In this document: positions 1 through 12,309 of the stretch, one piece after another
Layout: every line of letters begins with the position of its first letter
Position numbering within the stretch: the first letter of the stretch is position 1
NCBI RefSeq assembly: GCF_030684315.1
Contig: NC_081355.1
Span: 29,723,316 to 29,787,315, forward strand
Length of the DNA stretch: 64,000 nucleotides
Direction of reading: 5' to 3'
DNA from: Stegostoma tigrinum
Lineage: Eukaryota
Translations under genes and position numbers: made by a program
Notes under the pieces: generated by a model
Told to the model about the DNA's origin: nothing
The model's database searches: none
Seen by the model: only the letters and a program-made list of their open reading frames with translations

Positions 1-272
1 TTCCCTGACCAGACACAACCTGTCCATTTTCCTTCTCACCCATCTGCCCCACCCTTCGCACTGACCAAACCCATCCACTCCCTACATGCATCCACTTCTT
101 ACCATCCCACCCACTTCTTCACAGCCCGAACCCCCTCCCTCAATTTATTTCAGAGCTCCTTTTCCTCACCACTGTCCTGATGAAGGGTCCTGACCCGAAA
201 CACCGATTTTCCTGCTCCTCTGATGCTGCCTGACCTGCTGTGTTTCTTTAGCTCCACACTGTATCACATCTG
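1..272 (+). mobile_element. Penelope-like pseudo-LTR (pLTR) 3' fragment, older subfamily, with hammerhead-like motif at 177-204
   Basis: Similar to 10660-10925: C-rich tract, ctgatgaagggtcctgacccgaaac, then ...gctcctctgatgctgcctgacctgctgtgttt. Confidence 0.8.
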
Positions 273-3200
273 AAAAGCAACCGTGCTGGGCCTCCCCACC
301 AACGCCCAAAGCCATGAAACAACAACATGGCTAGATATGTCTTCATGCAGAGATCATTTCAATGAGCAAGCCGTATGTTCCACATGGTGATCATATTAGG
401 GTGTATGAGATTTGGAAATCTGGAAAATTACTTGAAATCACATTGCAAAAGCAAAACAAAGGTGCCTAGTTTCAATCTAGAGAAAGGTCAGTTTCAGGGC
501 TAATATGCAGGAAATTGAAGTACTGTACTTGGAATACAAGTCCTGAAGTTGTTTCGGAGCCAATTGAATGTTGGAATAGGCCTTTCTACAGAATAAATCC
601 AGATAAACTGTACATCTTCCCCGCCCAAAATTGCCTCGGGAGTACAGGAACTGGAGTAGGCCATTCAGCTCCTCGAGCCTGTTTAGTCAATTAGATCACG
701 ACTATTATATAATTTAACTCTATTTATTGGTCCTGATTTCGTATTGTTTGATACATCTTGTAATTATTGACATCATCAGGAATTCATTAATTCCTCCAGC
801 CATGATTCCGAACAGAAACAACACTAGGAATCTTGCAAATGAGCAATACGATATTATGACTTGGAATATATTCCTTGCAGACTGAAGTAACTTCCAAGAT
901 GAGACAAACTAACATCTGTGAGGAATCTCAGGCCCTTGAATGATGATTATTTTCCCATAGGTTTATAAAACACTATCAAGTTCTGCTTTCTCTTTCATTT
1001 ACGTCCCGTGGCCTGGAATATGTCAGACAGACCAAGAATAAAGTGCAAAAAAACAAATTCTGTTGACAATGCAATGCTTAGCATGTCAAGTAATTCAGAG
1101 ACCAAACAGGCTCAGGAAGGCGAATAATACAGGATCTCCGACAGACACAATAGAATGACCTTCACTTCAACTTCTTTGGTAACCACATCATTAACCATAG
1201 GTCTTTCAAACAAGAAGGAAACGCACAGGGCTGTCAGTGACTTAGTGTACAGTCAGCAGCAAGTCTCCACTGTGAGCTTGTTTGTCTTTCACACCATAGA
1301 ACTGCAAGGAAGATTTATACTTATAGCATTGACCCCAGGTCATACACCCTTTGCCCCACTTGTTAGCTTGTGCCTCCTTTCATAAGATGTCACATTTCAA
1401 TTGCCCCATTGTGCCAAATTTAAAGCTCTACAAATGTTTTACTTTGAACATAGTTGTGCAATCGAGATTCTCTGGAAACAAACTGGTGCATAACTATTTT
1501 ACCCAGAAGATAACAATTAATTTTATATAAATCATGCTATCTTATGGATTATTTTGTGTGAGTTTATGTATAAAATGAGTGTGAAAAATAGAATATTTCT
1601 CTACAGCAATCGGCCGCTCTGTAATCCTGATCCTATAAATCCACACGCCAGTACGCCCTGGGGCAAATTTACATTTACAGAGTTGGTGATCTGGCTACAT
1701 GCATTCCAGAAGGTTTTGTTGCACAATCTCACAATTCCAATTGTTCCAACCAGTCACATAGTAAGAAAGCACATTCTCTAACATTTATACAACATGTAAA
1801 CAAAGAAAGACCAAAGGCAATAGAAACTAAAGCTTACAATTCTTACTAATGTCTCCATGATTTTTATTACAGTTTAGAACTTATGAAAAATGTTGATCTA
1901 TTTAGTAGATAAATGAAAAATTGCCATTGCTCCTTAGCTAAAGCTGATTAATTTTCATCAATCTTGACATTAAGGGCTAGAAAATATCTCATGACGATTC
2001 ATTCCCTACTTCAAGCCTCTCTTCTGCTGGGTCTACAAATCAGAGATCTTTCTATCTAAGGTTCCTCCAATCACTGTGCCTTTGCCTTCACTCTTCAAGA
2101 ACCAGGGTGGTATTTTAACACTCGGGTGAGAAAACATCTTAGTGCAAGGCCTGTTCATCCAGGAGCAGTCACTGAGGCCTGGTCAAGCAATCACTGAGGC
2201 TTACACCTCATTAATGCACCACCTACTGACTCCTTCAGGAAAGCTAGCAGGAAGTCAGAAGGAAATGAGGGTCGGTAGGGGAATCAGAGGAAAATAGGGG
2301 GAATTTGGGTCTGCAGGCCCTAAAATTAGCCAAGGGAAAGAGGGAGGAGGATGGGATAGAAATTAAGATGGAACTGAGTTTCAGGATTTGCAGCTCTTTA
2401 TGAAGAGGGTTGGAGATAGTGCAAACAGGGAGGCTTATGCATCATTTATTGGACCCAGGGAACCGCTCTCATTGCCACAAAGGAAAGCTTAGAGATTGAG
2501 TATCTTAATCACAGCCTGCAAAAGCAGTGTTTGCTTAGAGTTCCATGGATATAATAGGACCCCAATTCGCGCCAATGTATGAGGTTCTTGACAGTTCATT
2601 TTTCAAGTTTAGCTGAATGGGATCAGCCCAACTCCATTTAAAATTGCCTCTCCGTGCTGGATTTATGTGGGGTTGAGGATAAGACAGGGGTGTTACCAAA
2701 ATGTTGTTTGTGCATTACAAGGTGCACCACCAACACCATGTTTCACGCATTCCATTTTCGTTCTACAATCGCTAGTTAATTTAACGTTCCCATTAGCTCC
2801 TTCCCTAGATCTTCAGTGGCTTGTGTGTATGAAGGTACCCAAACCTCATGATAGGAAGTTAATATTATAAGCTGTTATTTCTGCCTGGTTAGAAATTCAC
2901 ATGGCCACTTCCACCCTTCAGCATAATGTGTTTTGAATGCTTCTTCCGTTAATTCTTGCAGCAAAAGAAAATGATGCCAGTTGGTTATCATGTCGAACAT
3001 TCATGCATGACCTTTTGAAAAGGGATATTGTGGCTTTTCAAACATAAACCTTAGAAACCGTGAACCACAGCCAAGACTGCATCTGCTAACTGTGGCACAT
3101 TATCTTCAAGAAGGATAATTTTACATTAACAGACACCAGAATCCCTCTTTGTGTAATTGCCATGATGTCAGCCTCCTCTTCAATGCTAAAGCCTCATCCT

Positions 3201-3569
3201 AAGGAAAGTAATTACAAGAGATTCAGAGTCCTGTTGTTGATTAGGAGGCAGAGCATAAAGTTTCCTTTCAGCCACAAAGGGCGTGGAAAGGCAACTCAGT
3301 ACATAATGCATGTAGCTGAGTCATCCCCACTGGGTACAAATAACAGGGCTGCTTCTTTTCGGTGGTGCTGGATCACTCAGGTTGCCTGCAAAGATTCTAG
3401 CCGTGACCTTTGACACTTGTGGACACAGCTAAGCTCACAAACTGGAGATCAGTTATTAACTGTGAGTAATATGAATCCAAGAACAAATTGTTGCGTAAAT
3501 TCCAGAACATCAGTTATATGAGCTGTGTGTTTTGTATTATCAATAGCACCAGACGAGCACAAAAGGAAG

Positions 3570-3905
3570 GCATGTTTGTACCGCCAGGCAACCTCCCAAA
3601 ACGCCTCGCGGCCTATGATGTACTTTTTGACGTGCAGGCACTGTTGCAACATGGCAGCCAATGTATGTGTAGCAAGAATCCACAACTACAATGTGGTAAT
3701 GGCCACATCATCTGTTTAGGTGTTTAGCTACAGGATGAATATTAACCACAATATTGTGGAGAGCTTGCCTGCTTGTCTCTGAAATAATGTTTCTCAATAA
3801 CTTGTGTCCAAATGAGATGGCACTTTAAAGAAGGTGCTAGTTTAATGCCACTCCTCATCATTTCCTCAAGACTGTACTGAGACATCAGCCTATATCATGT
3901 GACTA
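3570..3905 (-). mobile_element. Ancient Deu-domain SINE (AmnSINE/SacSINE/LF-SINE-like), degenerate
   Basis: Resembles recalled Deu-SINE consensus (gtacttttga..gtg..g.cactgttg...ggcagccaat...); similar copy at 42120-42610. Confidence 0.5.
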
Positions 3906-3914
3906 AACTGAGAA

Positions 3915-4264
3915 GGCAATGGCCTTGTGGTATCATCACTAGACTATTAACCCAGAAACTCAGCTTACATCCTGGGCAGCCAGGTTTGAATCCTGCCATG
4001 GCAGATGGTGGCGTTTGAATTCAATAAAGAATCCCGAATAAAGAGCCTACTGACGACCATTGAACCATTGTCGATTGTCAGAATAATCCAACTGGTTCGC
4101 TAATGCCCTTTAGGGAAAGAAATCTGTCATTCTTACCTGGTCTGAGCTACATGTGACTCCAGATCCACACCAATGTGATTGATACTTAATTGTTCTCTGG
4201 GAAATTAGGCGATAAATGCTGGCCTAGCCAGAGAAGCTCACATCTGTGAGTGAATAAAAAAAAA
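3915..4264 (+). mobile_element. tRNA-headed SINE with LINE-derived 3' tail
   Basis: A-box-like tggccttgtgg, B-box-like ggtttgaatcc, ends gaataaaaaaaaa; homologous to 50098-50449 (-). Confidence 0.75.
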
Positions 4265-4349
4265 TCTCAGGAGCAGGCATGAAACCAGGAACCTGTATTT
4301 TTCCCAGATTTCCAGATTTGAAACTAGGATAGAGAGCTAATGTCACCAT

Positions 4350-4555
4350 ACTCCTGCTGGACCACTGTTCTGCTCTCTCATAAGAGACAGACAACTGATG
4401 ATGAGTTTAGCATAAGGTGACCCACATCTGAGGCAAGGGGAGAGGTTGAGAAGGGATATAGACAGTAAGCTCAGTCAGTACGGGAATTTAACCCACCCTC
4501 CTCCCTCACTCTGCATTGCAAACCAGCTGTCAAGCCACCTGAGCTAACTGACCCA
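4350..4555 (-). mobile_element. tRNA-derived SINE, different family
   Basis: Reverse strand begins gggtcagttagctcaggtgg (A box) and has gggttaaattcccg (B-box-like). Confidence 0.55.
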
Positions 4556-4851
4556 ATGTCAGTTTAAACATTATTCAGTGTGCGCTTGGAAATTGTCATT
4601 TTAGCCAGGTATTAGCAGAACTACTGGGAGAAAGTGTAAATTCAATATTCAACCTCAAAAAATCCCTAAAAACCAATTTGTTCACAGTTTTGTTCCTTTC
4701 CTATAAGTTCTCCTGAATCCTACTCACTATCTGACTTCTACCCTTCAAATTAAACAGTGCTTCATTTGAATTCAGTTTGAACAAGAGACTAGGACAAAAA
4801 TATATCTTTAACTGTAAGAAGGGCCTAAATGGCTCTGTGTTCTTCAGGAGT

Positions 4852-5990
4852 TTTAAAATTCACTTGTGGGATATTGTTGTCATTGGCTGGGTGGCATTTT
4901 CTGCAAGTCCCTCGTTGCCTTTGAGAAGGTGGTGGTGAGCTGCTTTCCTGAACCACTGCAGTCGATTTGTTCTAGGTTTACCCACAATGCCCTTAGGGAG
5001 GGAATTCCAGGATTGTGATCCAGTGGCAATGAAGGAACGGCAAGAAATTTCAGAATGGTGAGCATCTTGGAGGGGAACTCGAAGGTGGTGGTGTTCCCAT
5101 GTATCTGCTGCCCTTATCCTTCTAAATGGAAGTGGTTGCGGGTTTGGAAGTTGCTATCTAAGGAGCCTTGGTGAATTTTTGCAGAGCATCTTCTAGATAG
5201 TATACAGTATTGCAACTGAAGGTCAGCGGTGGAGGAAATTGAATTTTTATGAATGTGGTATAAATCAAGCTAACCAGTAACAAGCTTCTTGAGTGCTGTT
5301 GGATCTGTACTCATCCAGGCAAGTGGGGAGTATTCCATTACACATTGTAGATGACAGACAGTACTTGAAGAGTCAGGAGATGAATTACTGACCATAGTTT
5401 TCCTAGCTCCTGACCTACTTGTGTAGCCAGTGTTTATGTGGTGAGTCCAGTGAGTTTCTGGTCAATGGAAATCCCAAGGATGTTGATAGTAAGGTATTCA
5501 ACGATAGTAACACCATGAATGCCAAGGGATGGTGATTTGACTGCTTCTTATTGGAGATGGTCATAGCCTGGCATTCGTGTTGTGTGAATGTTACTTGCTA
5601 CTTATCATCCCAAGCCGGGACATTGTCCAGATCTCGTTGCATTTGAACATGGATTTCTTCAGGACCTGAGGAGTCACAAAATGTTGCTGAATATTTTGTG
5701 ATCGTCGGTGAACATCCCTACTTTGGACCTTATGATGGAGGGAAGGTAATTAACAAAGCAGCTGAAGACGGCTGGGCCTAGTATACTACCCTGAGGAGCT
5801 CCTGCAGAGAGGTCCTGGAGCTGAGATGACTGACCTCCAACAACCACAACCATCTTCCTTTGTGCCAGGTATGATTCTAACCAGCAGTGAGTTTGTCCCC
5901 TGATTGGCATTGAATCCAGTTTTGTGTGGGATCCTTGATGCCACACTTGGTTGAATGCAGCCTTGATGTCAAGGGCTATCACTCTCACCT
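4852..5990 (-). mobile_element. CR1/L2-group LINE, decayed 3' RT fragment with 3' tail
   Basis: ORF 5674-5988: ALDIKAAFNQVWH, GAPQGSILGP, FTDD (RT motifs); many stops and frameshifts. Confidence 0.85.
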
Positions 5991-6198
5991 TTCCTTTGAT
6001 CAGGAAATAAGCTGTTTGGTTCCTGGCTCATGGCAGATAGAATCCTATCATCACTAGTGTTTCTTATAACAAATAAAACTCATTCACTCTCCATGCCCTC
6101 AGTGCCATGACAGAACAAAGCTTGATTTGCATCGGGTTAATCATTTTGAAGAATCCTTCTTTAGGGCAATAGAGACTACTGGGTGGCAAGATTTTCCC

Positions 6199-6391
6199 AG
6201 ATAACAAGGTGTGGAGCTGGATGAACACAGCAGGCCAAGCAGCATCAGAGGAGCAGGAAAGCTGACTTTTCAGGCCTAGACCATTCTTCAGAAAATTCCT
6301 GCTCCTAAGATGCTGCTTGGCCTGCTGTGTTCATCCAGCTCCACACCTTTGTTATCTTGGATTCTCCAGCATCTGCAGTTCCTATTATCTC
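6199..6391. mobile_element. Fold-back Penelope pLTR mini-insertion with 14-bp TSD
   Basis: Inverted arms of the pLTR end; TSD tggca(a/g)gattttcc at 6184-6197 and 6392-6405. Confidence 0.85.
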
Positions 6392-7119
6392 TGGCAGGAT
6401 TTTCCTATTCCTTACCAGTTTGCTCTGAAGAGATTTTTTTAAATGAGTGTCCAGCTCTTCTCTGGAGAGGATTACATTCCAAGATTATTGGATTGGTATC
6501 TAATGATGACAAAGGGAACAAATTTTACTTGAGCTGACATTCTTTTCGACTAAATTGGCAAGGGAGAACCAGGTGTCAGATTTTACATACACAAGGTAAA
6601 ATCTAGATTCAGTATCAGATGGTGGATTTATCTTCAAAACAAAAGCCAACTGGAATAGTGTTTTGCAGAGCATGTTTGTTGAATTCCTGCTAGTAAGATT
6701 TGCTCCTCATTAGGGAGGAAATCACCTTGTTCAAAAGAAAAATACCGCATCTACCACTGCAAGACTAAAAAGTGATCTTTGAGACTAGTTTTGCTTGCTG
6801 AAGGGAATCAATTGAGCCAATTTGCAGATTTTCTTCCCACCAATTTTCCTAGATTTTCACCTTTCTTTTTGCTTTTCCAAGGAGATCATGGCCTATATTT
6901 TGTGTTAGGCAAGACCATCGTAATCAATGGCAATAGGCTTAATAGATTGGAAGGATATTTTCTTCCACCTTGTTCATAATAGGAAAGCAGGCCATGTTGT
7001 AATAAAACTAGAGCATGTGGTGGAGGGGATGAGGGCAGGAAACAGAATAAATTATAGAATCATACGGTACAGGGAGACCCTTAGGTCCATCAAATCCATA
7101 GTGCCAAAAATATACTACG

Positions 7120-7482
7120 TACACTTCCAAATATCCCCACCTCCAACCTCATCTCAAGACCAGCACCCTCTCTCATCCCCGCCTCATTGACCTGTCCGTC
7201 CTCCCTCCCACCTATTGTCTTATCCCATGTCACTGACCAATCCCCATGATTACCTACCTACATTCACCTTTACGAGCTTCACCCCCGCCTCCTTGACCTG
7301 TCCGTCTTCTCTCCCACCCTATCCGCTGCACTATCTACCTGATATCACCACACCCCCCACCACTCTCTATTTATTTCAAAGCCCCCAACCCTCCTTCATT
7401 TCTGCAGAAGGGTCCCGACCCGAGACATCAACTTTCTTACTCCTCTGACGCTGCCTGGCCTGCTGTGTGCACACAGTATTAT
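7120..7482 (+). mobile_element. Penelope-like pLTR fragment, older, with decayed hammerhead motif at about 7402-7430
   Basis: acttccaaatatccccac... matches the ORF C-terminus/pLTR of the 10.5-10.9 kb element; ctgcagaagggtcccgacccgagacatc. Confidence 0.75.
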
Positions 7483-7605
7483 CTTCCTACACTCACCCCA
7501 CTTTTCTGCATTAGGCCCACAGCCTAGAATGTTATGGCCCTTCAAGTGCTCAATAAAGTACTTTTCAAAGATTGGAAGGTTTCTTGCCCCAACTAATGGT
7601 CATTA

Positions 7606-7720
7606 AGTTGCCTGTGGTGCAGTGGTAGCACCCCTACTTCTGGCCAGAAGACCTGAGTTCAAGTCCCACCTGCTTCGGAGAGACGTAATAAAACATGTCT
7701 GAACAGGTTGACTAGAAAAT
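7606..7720 (+). mobile_element. Short tRNA-derived repeat head (related copy at about 11868-11944, minus strand)
   Basis: gtggtgcagtggtagc A box and gagttcaagtccc B box; no complete cloverleaf. Confidence 0.5.
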
Positions 7721-8127
7721 ATTGAATAATAAAATCATCAATTAACTCACCTATCTATCGCTCTGGCTGAATCCTGGCACAATGCAGAAGTACTTGAAGC
7801 AAATATATTTAGCGACTCTGACATTGGAGCTACACTGACCAGTTACTTTCTAATCCTTCTTTCTCCAAACAAGGGTAGATTGATGGATGATCAATTGCCT
7901 TTACTTTTGCTGATGGTATCTGCTCAAGTACACTTTAAACCATCAGCAAGCAATGCTTGGGCACCATAACATTTTCCAGACCAGGCCAGCTTCAAATCCA
8001 AACAGACTAAAAGCACATCCACCATCAGTTGTAATGGGAACTGCAGATGCTAGAGAATTCCAAGATAATAAAATGTGAGGCTGGATGAACACAGCAGGCC
8101 AAACAGCATCTCAGGAGCACAAAAGCT

Positions 8128-8155
8128 GACGTTTCGGGCCTAGACCCTTCATCAG
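8128..8155 (-). ncRNA. Minimal type I hammerhead-ribozyme-like motif in the inverted pLTR
   Basis: Reverse strand CUGAUGA-A-GGGU(CUAG)GCCC-GAAACGUC. Confidence 0.7.
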
Positions 8156-8647
8156 AGAGGGGGATGGGGAGAGGGAACTGGAATAAATAGGGAGAGAGGG
8201 GGAGGCGGACCGAAGATGGAGAGTAAAGAAGATAGGTGGAGAGAGTATAGGTGGGGAGGCAGGGAGGGGATAGGTCAGTCCAGGGAAGACGGACAGGTCA
8301 AGGAGGTGGGATGAGGTTAGTAGGTAGATGGGGGTGCGGCTTGGGGTGGGAGGAAGGGATGGGTGAGAGGAAGAACCGGTTAGGGAGGCAGAGACAGGTT
8401 GGACTGGTTTTGGGATGCAGTGGGGGGGGGGGGGGGTGAAGAGCTGGGCTGGTTGTGTGGTGCAGTGGGGGGAGGGGACGAACTGGGCTGGTTTAGGGAT
8501 GCAGTAGGGGAAGGGGAGATTTTGAAACTGGTGAAGTCCACATTGATACCATATGGCTGCAGGGTTCCCAGGCGGAATATGAGTTGCTGTTCCTGCAACC
8601 TTCGGGTGGCATCATTGTGGCAGTGCAGGAGGCCCATGATGGACATG

Positions 8648-10610
8648 AACGGGCAGCCCTCCGCTCCAACCCCAACCTCACCATCAAACCCGCAGACAAG
8701 GGTGGCGCAGTGGTAGTATGGCGCACTGACCTCTACATCGCCGAGGCCAGACGCCAACTCTCCGACAACACCTCCTACCGCCTCCTCGATCATGACCCCA
8801 CACCCGAGCACCAAACCATCATCTCCAACACCATTCACGACCTCATCACCTCACGGGACCTCCCACCCACAGCCTCCAACCTCATTGTTCCCCAACCCCG
8901 CACGGCCCGTTTCTATCTCCTTCCCAAAATCCACAAACCTGCCTGCCCTGGTCGACCCATCGTCTCAGCCTGCTCCTGCCCCACCGAACTCATCTCCACC
9001 TATCTGGACTCCATTTTCTCCCCTTTGGTCCAGGAACTCCCCACCTACGTCCGTGACACCACCCACGCCCTCCACCTCCTCCAGGACTTCCAATTCCCTG
9101 GCCCCCAACACCTCATATTCACCATGGACGTCCAGTCCCTGTACACCTGCATTCCGCATGGAGATGGCCTCAAGGCACTCCGCTTCTTCCTGTCCCGCAG
9201 GCCCGACCAGTCCCCTCCACCGACACCCTCATCCGCCTAGCTGAACTCGTCCTCACACTCAACAACTTCTCTTTTGACTCCTCCCACTTCCTACAGACTA
9301 AGGGGGTGGCCATGGGCACACGCATGGGCCCCAGCTATGCCTGCCTCTTTGTAGGTTACGTGGAACAGTCCCTCTTCAGCACCTACACAGGCCCCAAACC
9401 CCACCTCTTCCTCCGGTACATTGATGACTGTATCGGCGCCGCCTCTTGCTCCCCAGAGGAGCTCGAGCAGTTCATCCACTTCACCAACACCTTCCACCCC
9501 AACCTTCAGTTTACCTGGGCCATCTCCAGCACATCCCTCACCTTCCTGGACCTTTCAGTCTCCATCTCAGGCAACCAGCTTGTAACTGATGTCCATTTCA
9601 AGCCCACCGACTCCCACAGCTACCTAGAATACACCTCCTCCCACCCACCCTCCTGCAAAAATTCCATCCCCTATTCCCAATTCCTCCGCCTTCGCCGCAT
9701 CTGCTCCCACGATAAGACATTCCACTCCCGCACATCCCAGATGTCCAAGTTCTTTAAGGACCGCAACTTTACCCCCACAGTGATCGAGAACGCCCTTGAC
9801 CGCGTCTCCCATATTTCCCGCAACACATCCCTCACACCCCGCCCCCACCACAACCGCCCCAAGAGGATCCCCCTCGTTCTCACACACCACCCTACCAACC
9901 TCCGGATACAACACATCATCCTCCGACACTTCCGCCATTTACAATCCGACCCCACCACCCAAGACATTTTTCCATTCCCTCCCCTGTCTGCTTTCCGGAG
10001 AGACCACTCTCTCCGTGACTCCCTTGTTCGCTCCACACTGCCCTCCAACCCCACCACACCCGGCACCTTCCCCTGCAACCGCAGGAAATGCTACACCTGT
10101 CCCCACACCTCCTCCCTCACCCCCATCCCAGGCCCCAAGATGACATTCCACATTAAGCAGAGGTTCACCTGCACATCTGCCAATGTGGTATACTGCATCC
10201 ACTGTACCCGGTGCGGCTTTCTCTACATTGGGGAAACCAAGCGGAGGCTTGGGGACCGCTTTGCAGAACACCTCCGCTCAGTTCGCAACAAACAACTGCA
10301 CCTCCCAGTCGCAAACCATTTCCACTCCCCCTCCCATTCTCTAGATGACATGTCCATCATGGGCCTCCTGCAGTGCCACAATGATGCCACCCAAAGGTTG
10401 CAGGAACAGCAACTCATATTCCGCCTGGGAACCCTGCAGCCTAATGGTATCAATGTGGACTTCACCAGTTTCAAAATCTCCCCTTCCCCTACTGCATCCC
10501 TAAACCAGCCCAGTTCGTCTCCTCCCCCCACTGCACCACACAACCAGCCCAGCTCTTCCCCCCCACCTACTGCATCCCAAAACCAGTCCAACCTGTCTCT
10601 GCCTCCCTAA
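8648..10610 (+). pseudogene. PLE reverse transcriptase plus GIY-YIG endonuclease polyprotein, N-truncated, single frameshift near 9212-9215
   Basis: IKPADKGG, FYLLPKIHK, GRPIVS, TMDVQSLYT (ORF 8584-9240); GVAMGTRMGP, RYIDD, CNRRKCYTC, NVVYCIHCTRCGFLYIGET-x-RFAEH (frame of ORF 9306-10610). Confidence 0.93.
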
Positions 10611-10834
10611 CCGGTTCTTCCTCTCACCCATCCCTTCCTCCCACCCCAAGCCGCACCCCCAGCTACCTACTAACCTCATCCCACCTGCTTGAACTGTCCG
10701 TCTTCCCTGGACTGACATATCCCCTCCCTGCCTCCCCACCTATACTCTCTCCACCTATCTTCTTTACTCTCCATCTTTGGTCCGCCTCCCCCTCTCTCCC
10801 TATTTATTCCAGTTCCCTCTCCCCATCCCCCTCT

Positions 10835-10862
10835 CTGATGAAGGGTCTAGGCCCGAAACGTC
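10835..10862 (+). ncRNA. Minimal type I hammerhead-ribozyme-like motif in the pLTR
   Basis: ctgatgaagggtctaggcccgaaacgtc: CUGAUGA and GAAA core boxes, 4-bp helix II, palindromic ACGU helix III; PLE pLTRs are known to carry minimal hammerheads. Confidence 0.7.
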
Positions 10863-12309
10863 AGCTTTTGAGCTCCTGAGATGCTGCTTGGCTTGCTGTG
10901 TTCATCCAGCCTCACATTTTATTATCCACCATCAGTTGGTTATCTTCAAACTTTGGCAGCAACATCATTCTGCAAAGAGAATGAGTTTGAAAGAAGTAGC
11001 TGTCGCTTCAATCACATGTGAGGGAGATAATGACTCTCTAATAGTGTAATATCTCAGATGTGTACCTTGCTACATTTTTTTCCTGTGATGATAAACAATG
11101 GATAAAACCCTTCCCCTATTTAAACCACAGACTTGATGATGCACCTTTAATTCCTGCTGTTGGACATTATCAAATGTTATCACATTTTTTCTTCTTTCAA
11201 ATGATACGCTCACACGGAATTTTTTAATGCGATTTTTATAATGCTGCTTTAGATTTCCATGCATTATATTTTGAAAGGCAACTTGACTTGATGGCTGTCT
11301 TCATTTGCATAGGTTGAAACTGTTAAAGCCACTGCTGGAAGTACCTTAGAAAATTTTAATATTTGATTTCTTTCAATTCTCACTGAGAGCAGCTGTCATA
11401 AACCAGGCACCCAATTTGGAAGCACCCCTTGGACATAATTCAGCCATGTTAGTTTAACCGTGGCAAGTAAAACAGCTGTTAAATAAATTTAAACAATAGT
11501 CACAGCTTTTGGCATTGTACATTGGTAGAGCTGCCATTTTAAGAATATGAGATATGCAATAAAACTTGCAAAAAGCAAGTTATCCAATGCCATCACATGT
11601 TTATTTTGGTTAACATCAGTTGCCTGACAGATAAATTAAAGTCAGCACCAGAGTTAAACGTCTCCAAACATAACTACTAAGAAATCCAAACCTGCAGTTT
11701 GTTCATTCTGCACTGAAATTCCCTATTGGCCCAACTCCAGAGAACTTCAGGGCAACTTGAGGGCCTGAAGGATCATGTGTACTATGGAATCAGCAAATGG
11801 GTGGGGTTACATTGTTGCCACCAATCTTCATTTCGTTATGTTTTCTAATTAATCTATGAGGCAATAATATTACACACCCCTGGAATGGGCAGGACTTGAA
11901 CCTAGTTCTCCTAGCTCAGAGGTGGGGATACTACCACAGTGCCTTTTGACAAATGACAATCAAGGATGGATCACTTGTGATGCTGAATTAGAAAAGACAC
12001 TTGTCTTAATAAGATGTAGTTGATTACATTATAACAATAGGCGTAAGTTGCTTTACTAGTTAGATATGACTAAGTAAATGCATCTGGAGACAATGATGAC
12101 ATGTCTGTCACCATCTGAATCTTGAGCTAAATGTCTCTTGTTAATCTAAAACCATGTAACATCATTGAACAGTGCTAAATATTAACTTATTAGGAATCAG
12201 TACCCTCTACAATATCATCAATATTCTATCCCCATACAACCCACTCCCTACAACTCTAAGGTTGAAAGGTTTTCCACTTGCGCATCCAATAAATACCAGA
12301 TTAATTCAG

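Larger units (their letters stand above)
8032..10925 (+). mobile_element. Penelope-like retroelement (Neptune-type), 5'-truncated, with inverted terminal arm and 15-bp TSD
   Basis: TSD atccaccatcagttg at 8017-8031 and 10924-10938; about 8064-8647 is the reverse complement of 10349-10925; RT and GIY-YIG coding region between. Confidence 0.95.

Noticed and set aside
6199-6391. Interpreting the fold-backs as MITEs or miRNA genes
   Set aside because: Arms are PLE pLTR sequence, ends are asymmetric, internal junctions differ per copy, and TSDs are longer than typical for DNA transposons
7606-7680. tRNA gene candidates here and at other SINE heads
   Set aside because: A/B boxes only, no full cloverleaf; repeat-derived
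8584-8647. Apparent N-terminus of the 218-aa ORF
   Set aside because: Comes from the inverted arm; the true PLE N-terminus is truncated
10488-10595. CRISPR-like spaced repeats (also 26415-26630)
   Set aside because: Tandem degenerate units without unique spacers; eukaryotic context and no cas genes
8251-10739. Many overlapping Gly- or Pro-rich ORFs on both strands
   Set aside because: Shadow frames of the C-rich PLE ORF and its inverted arm
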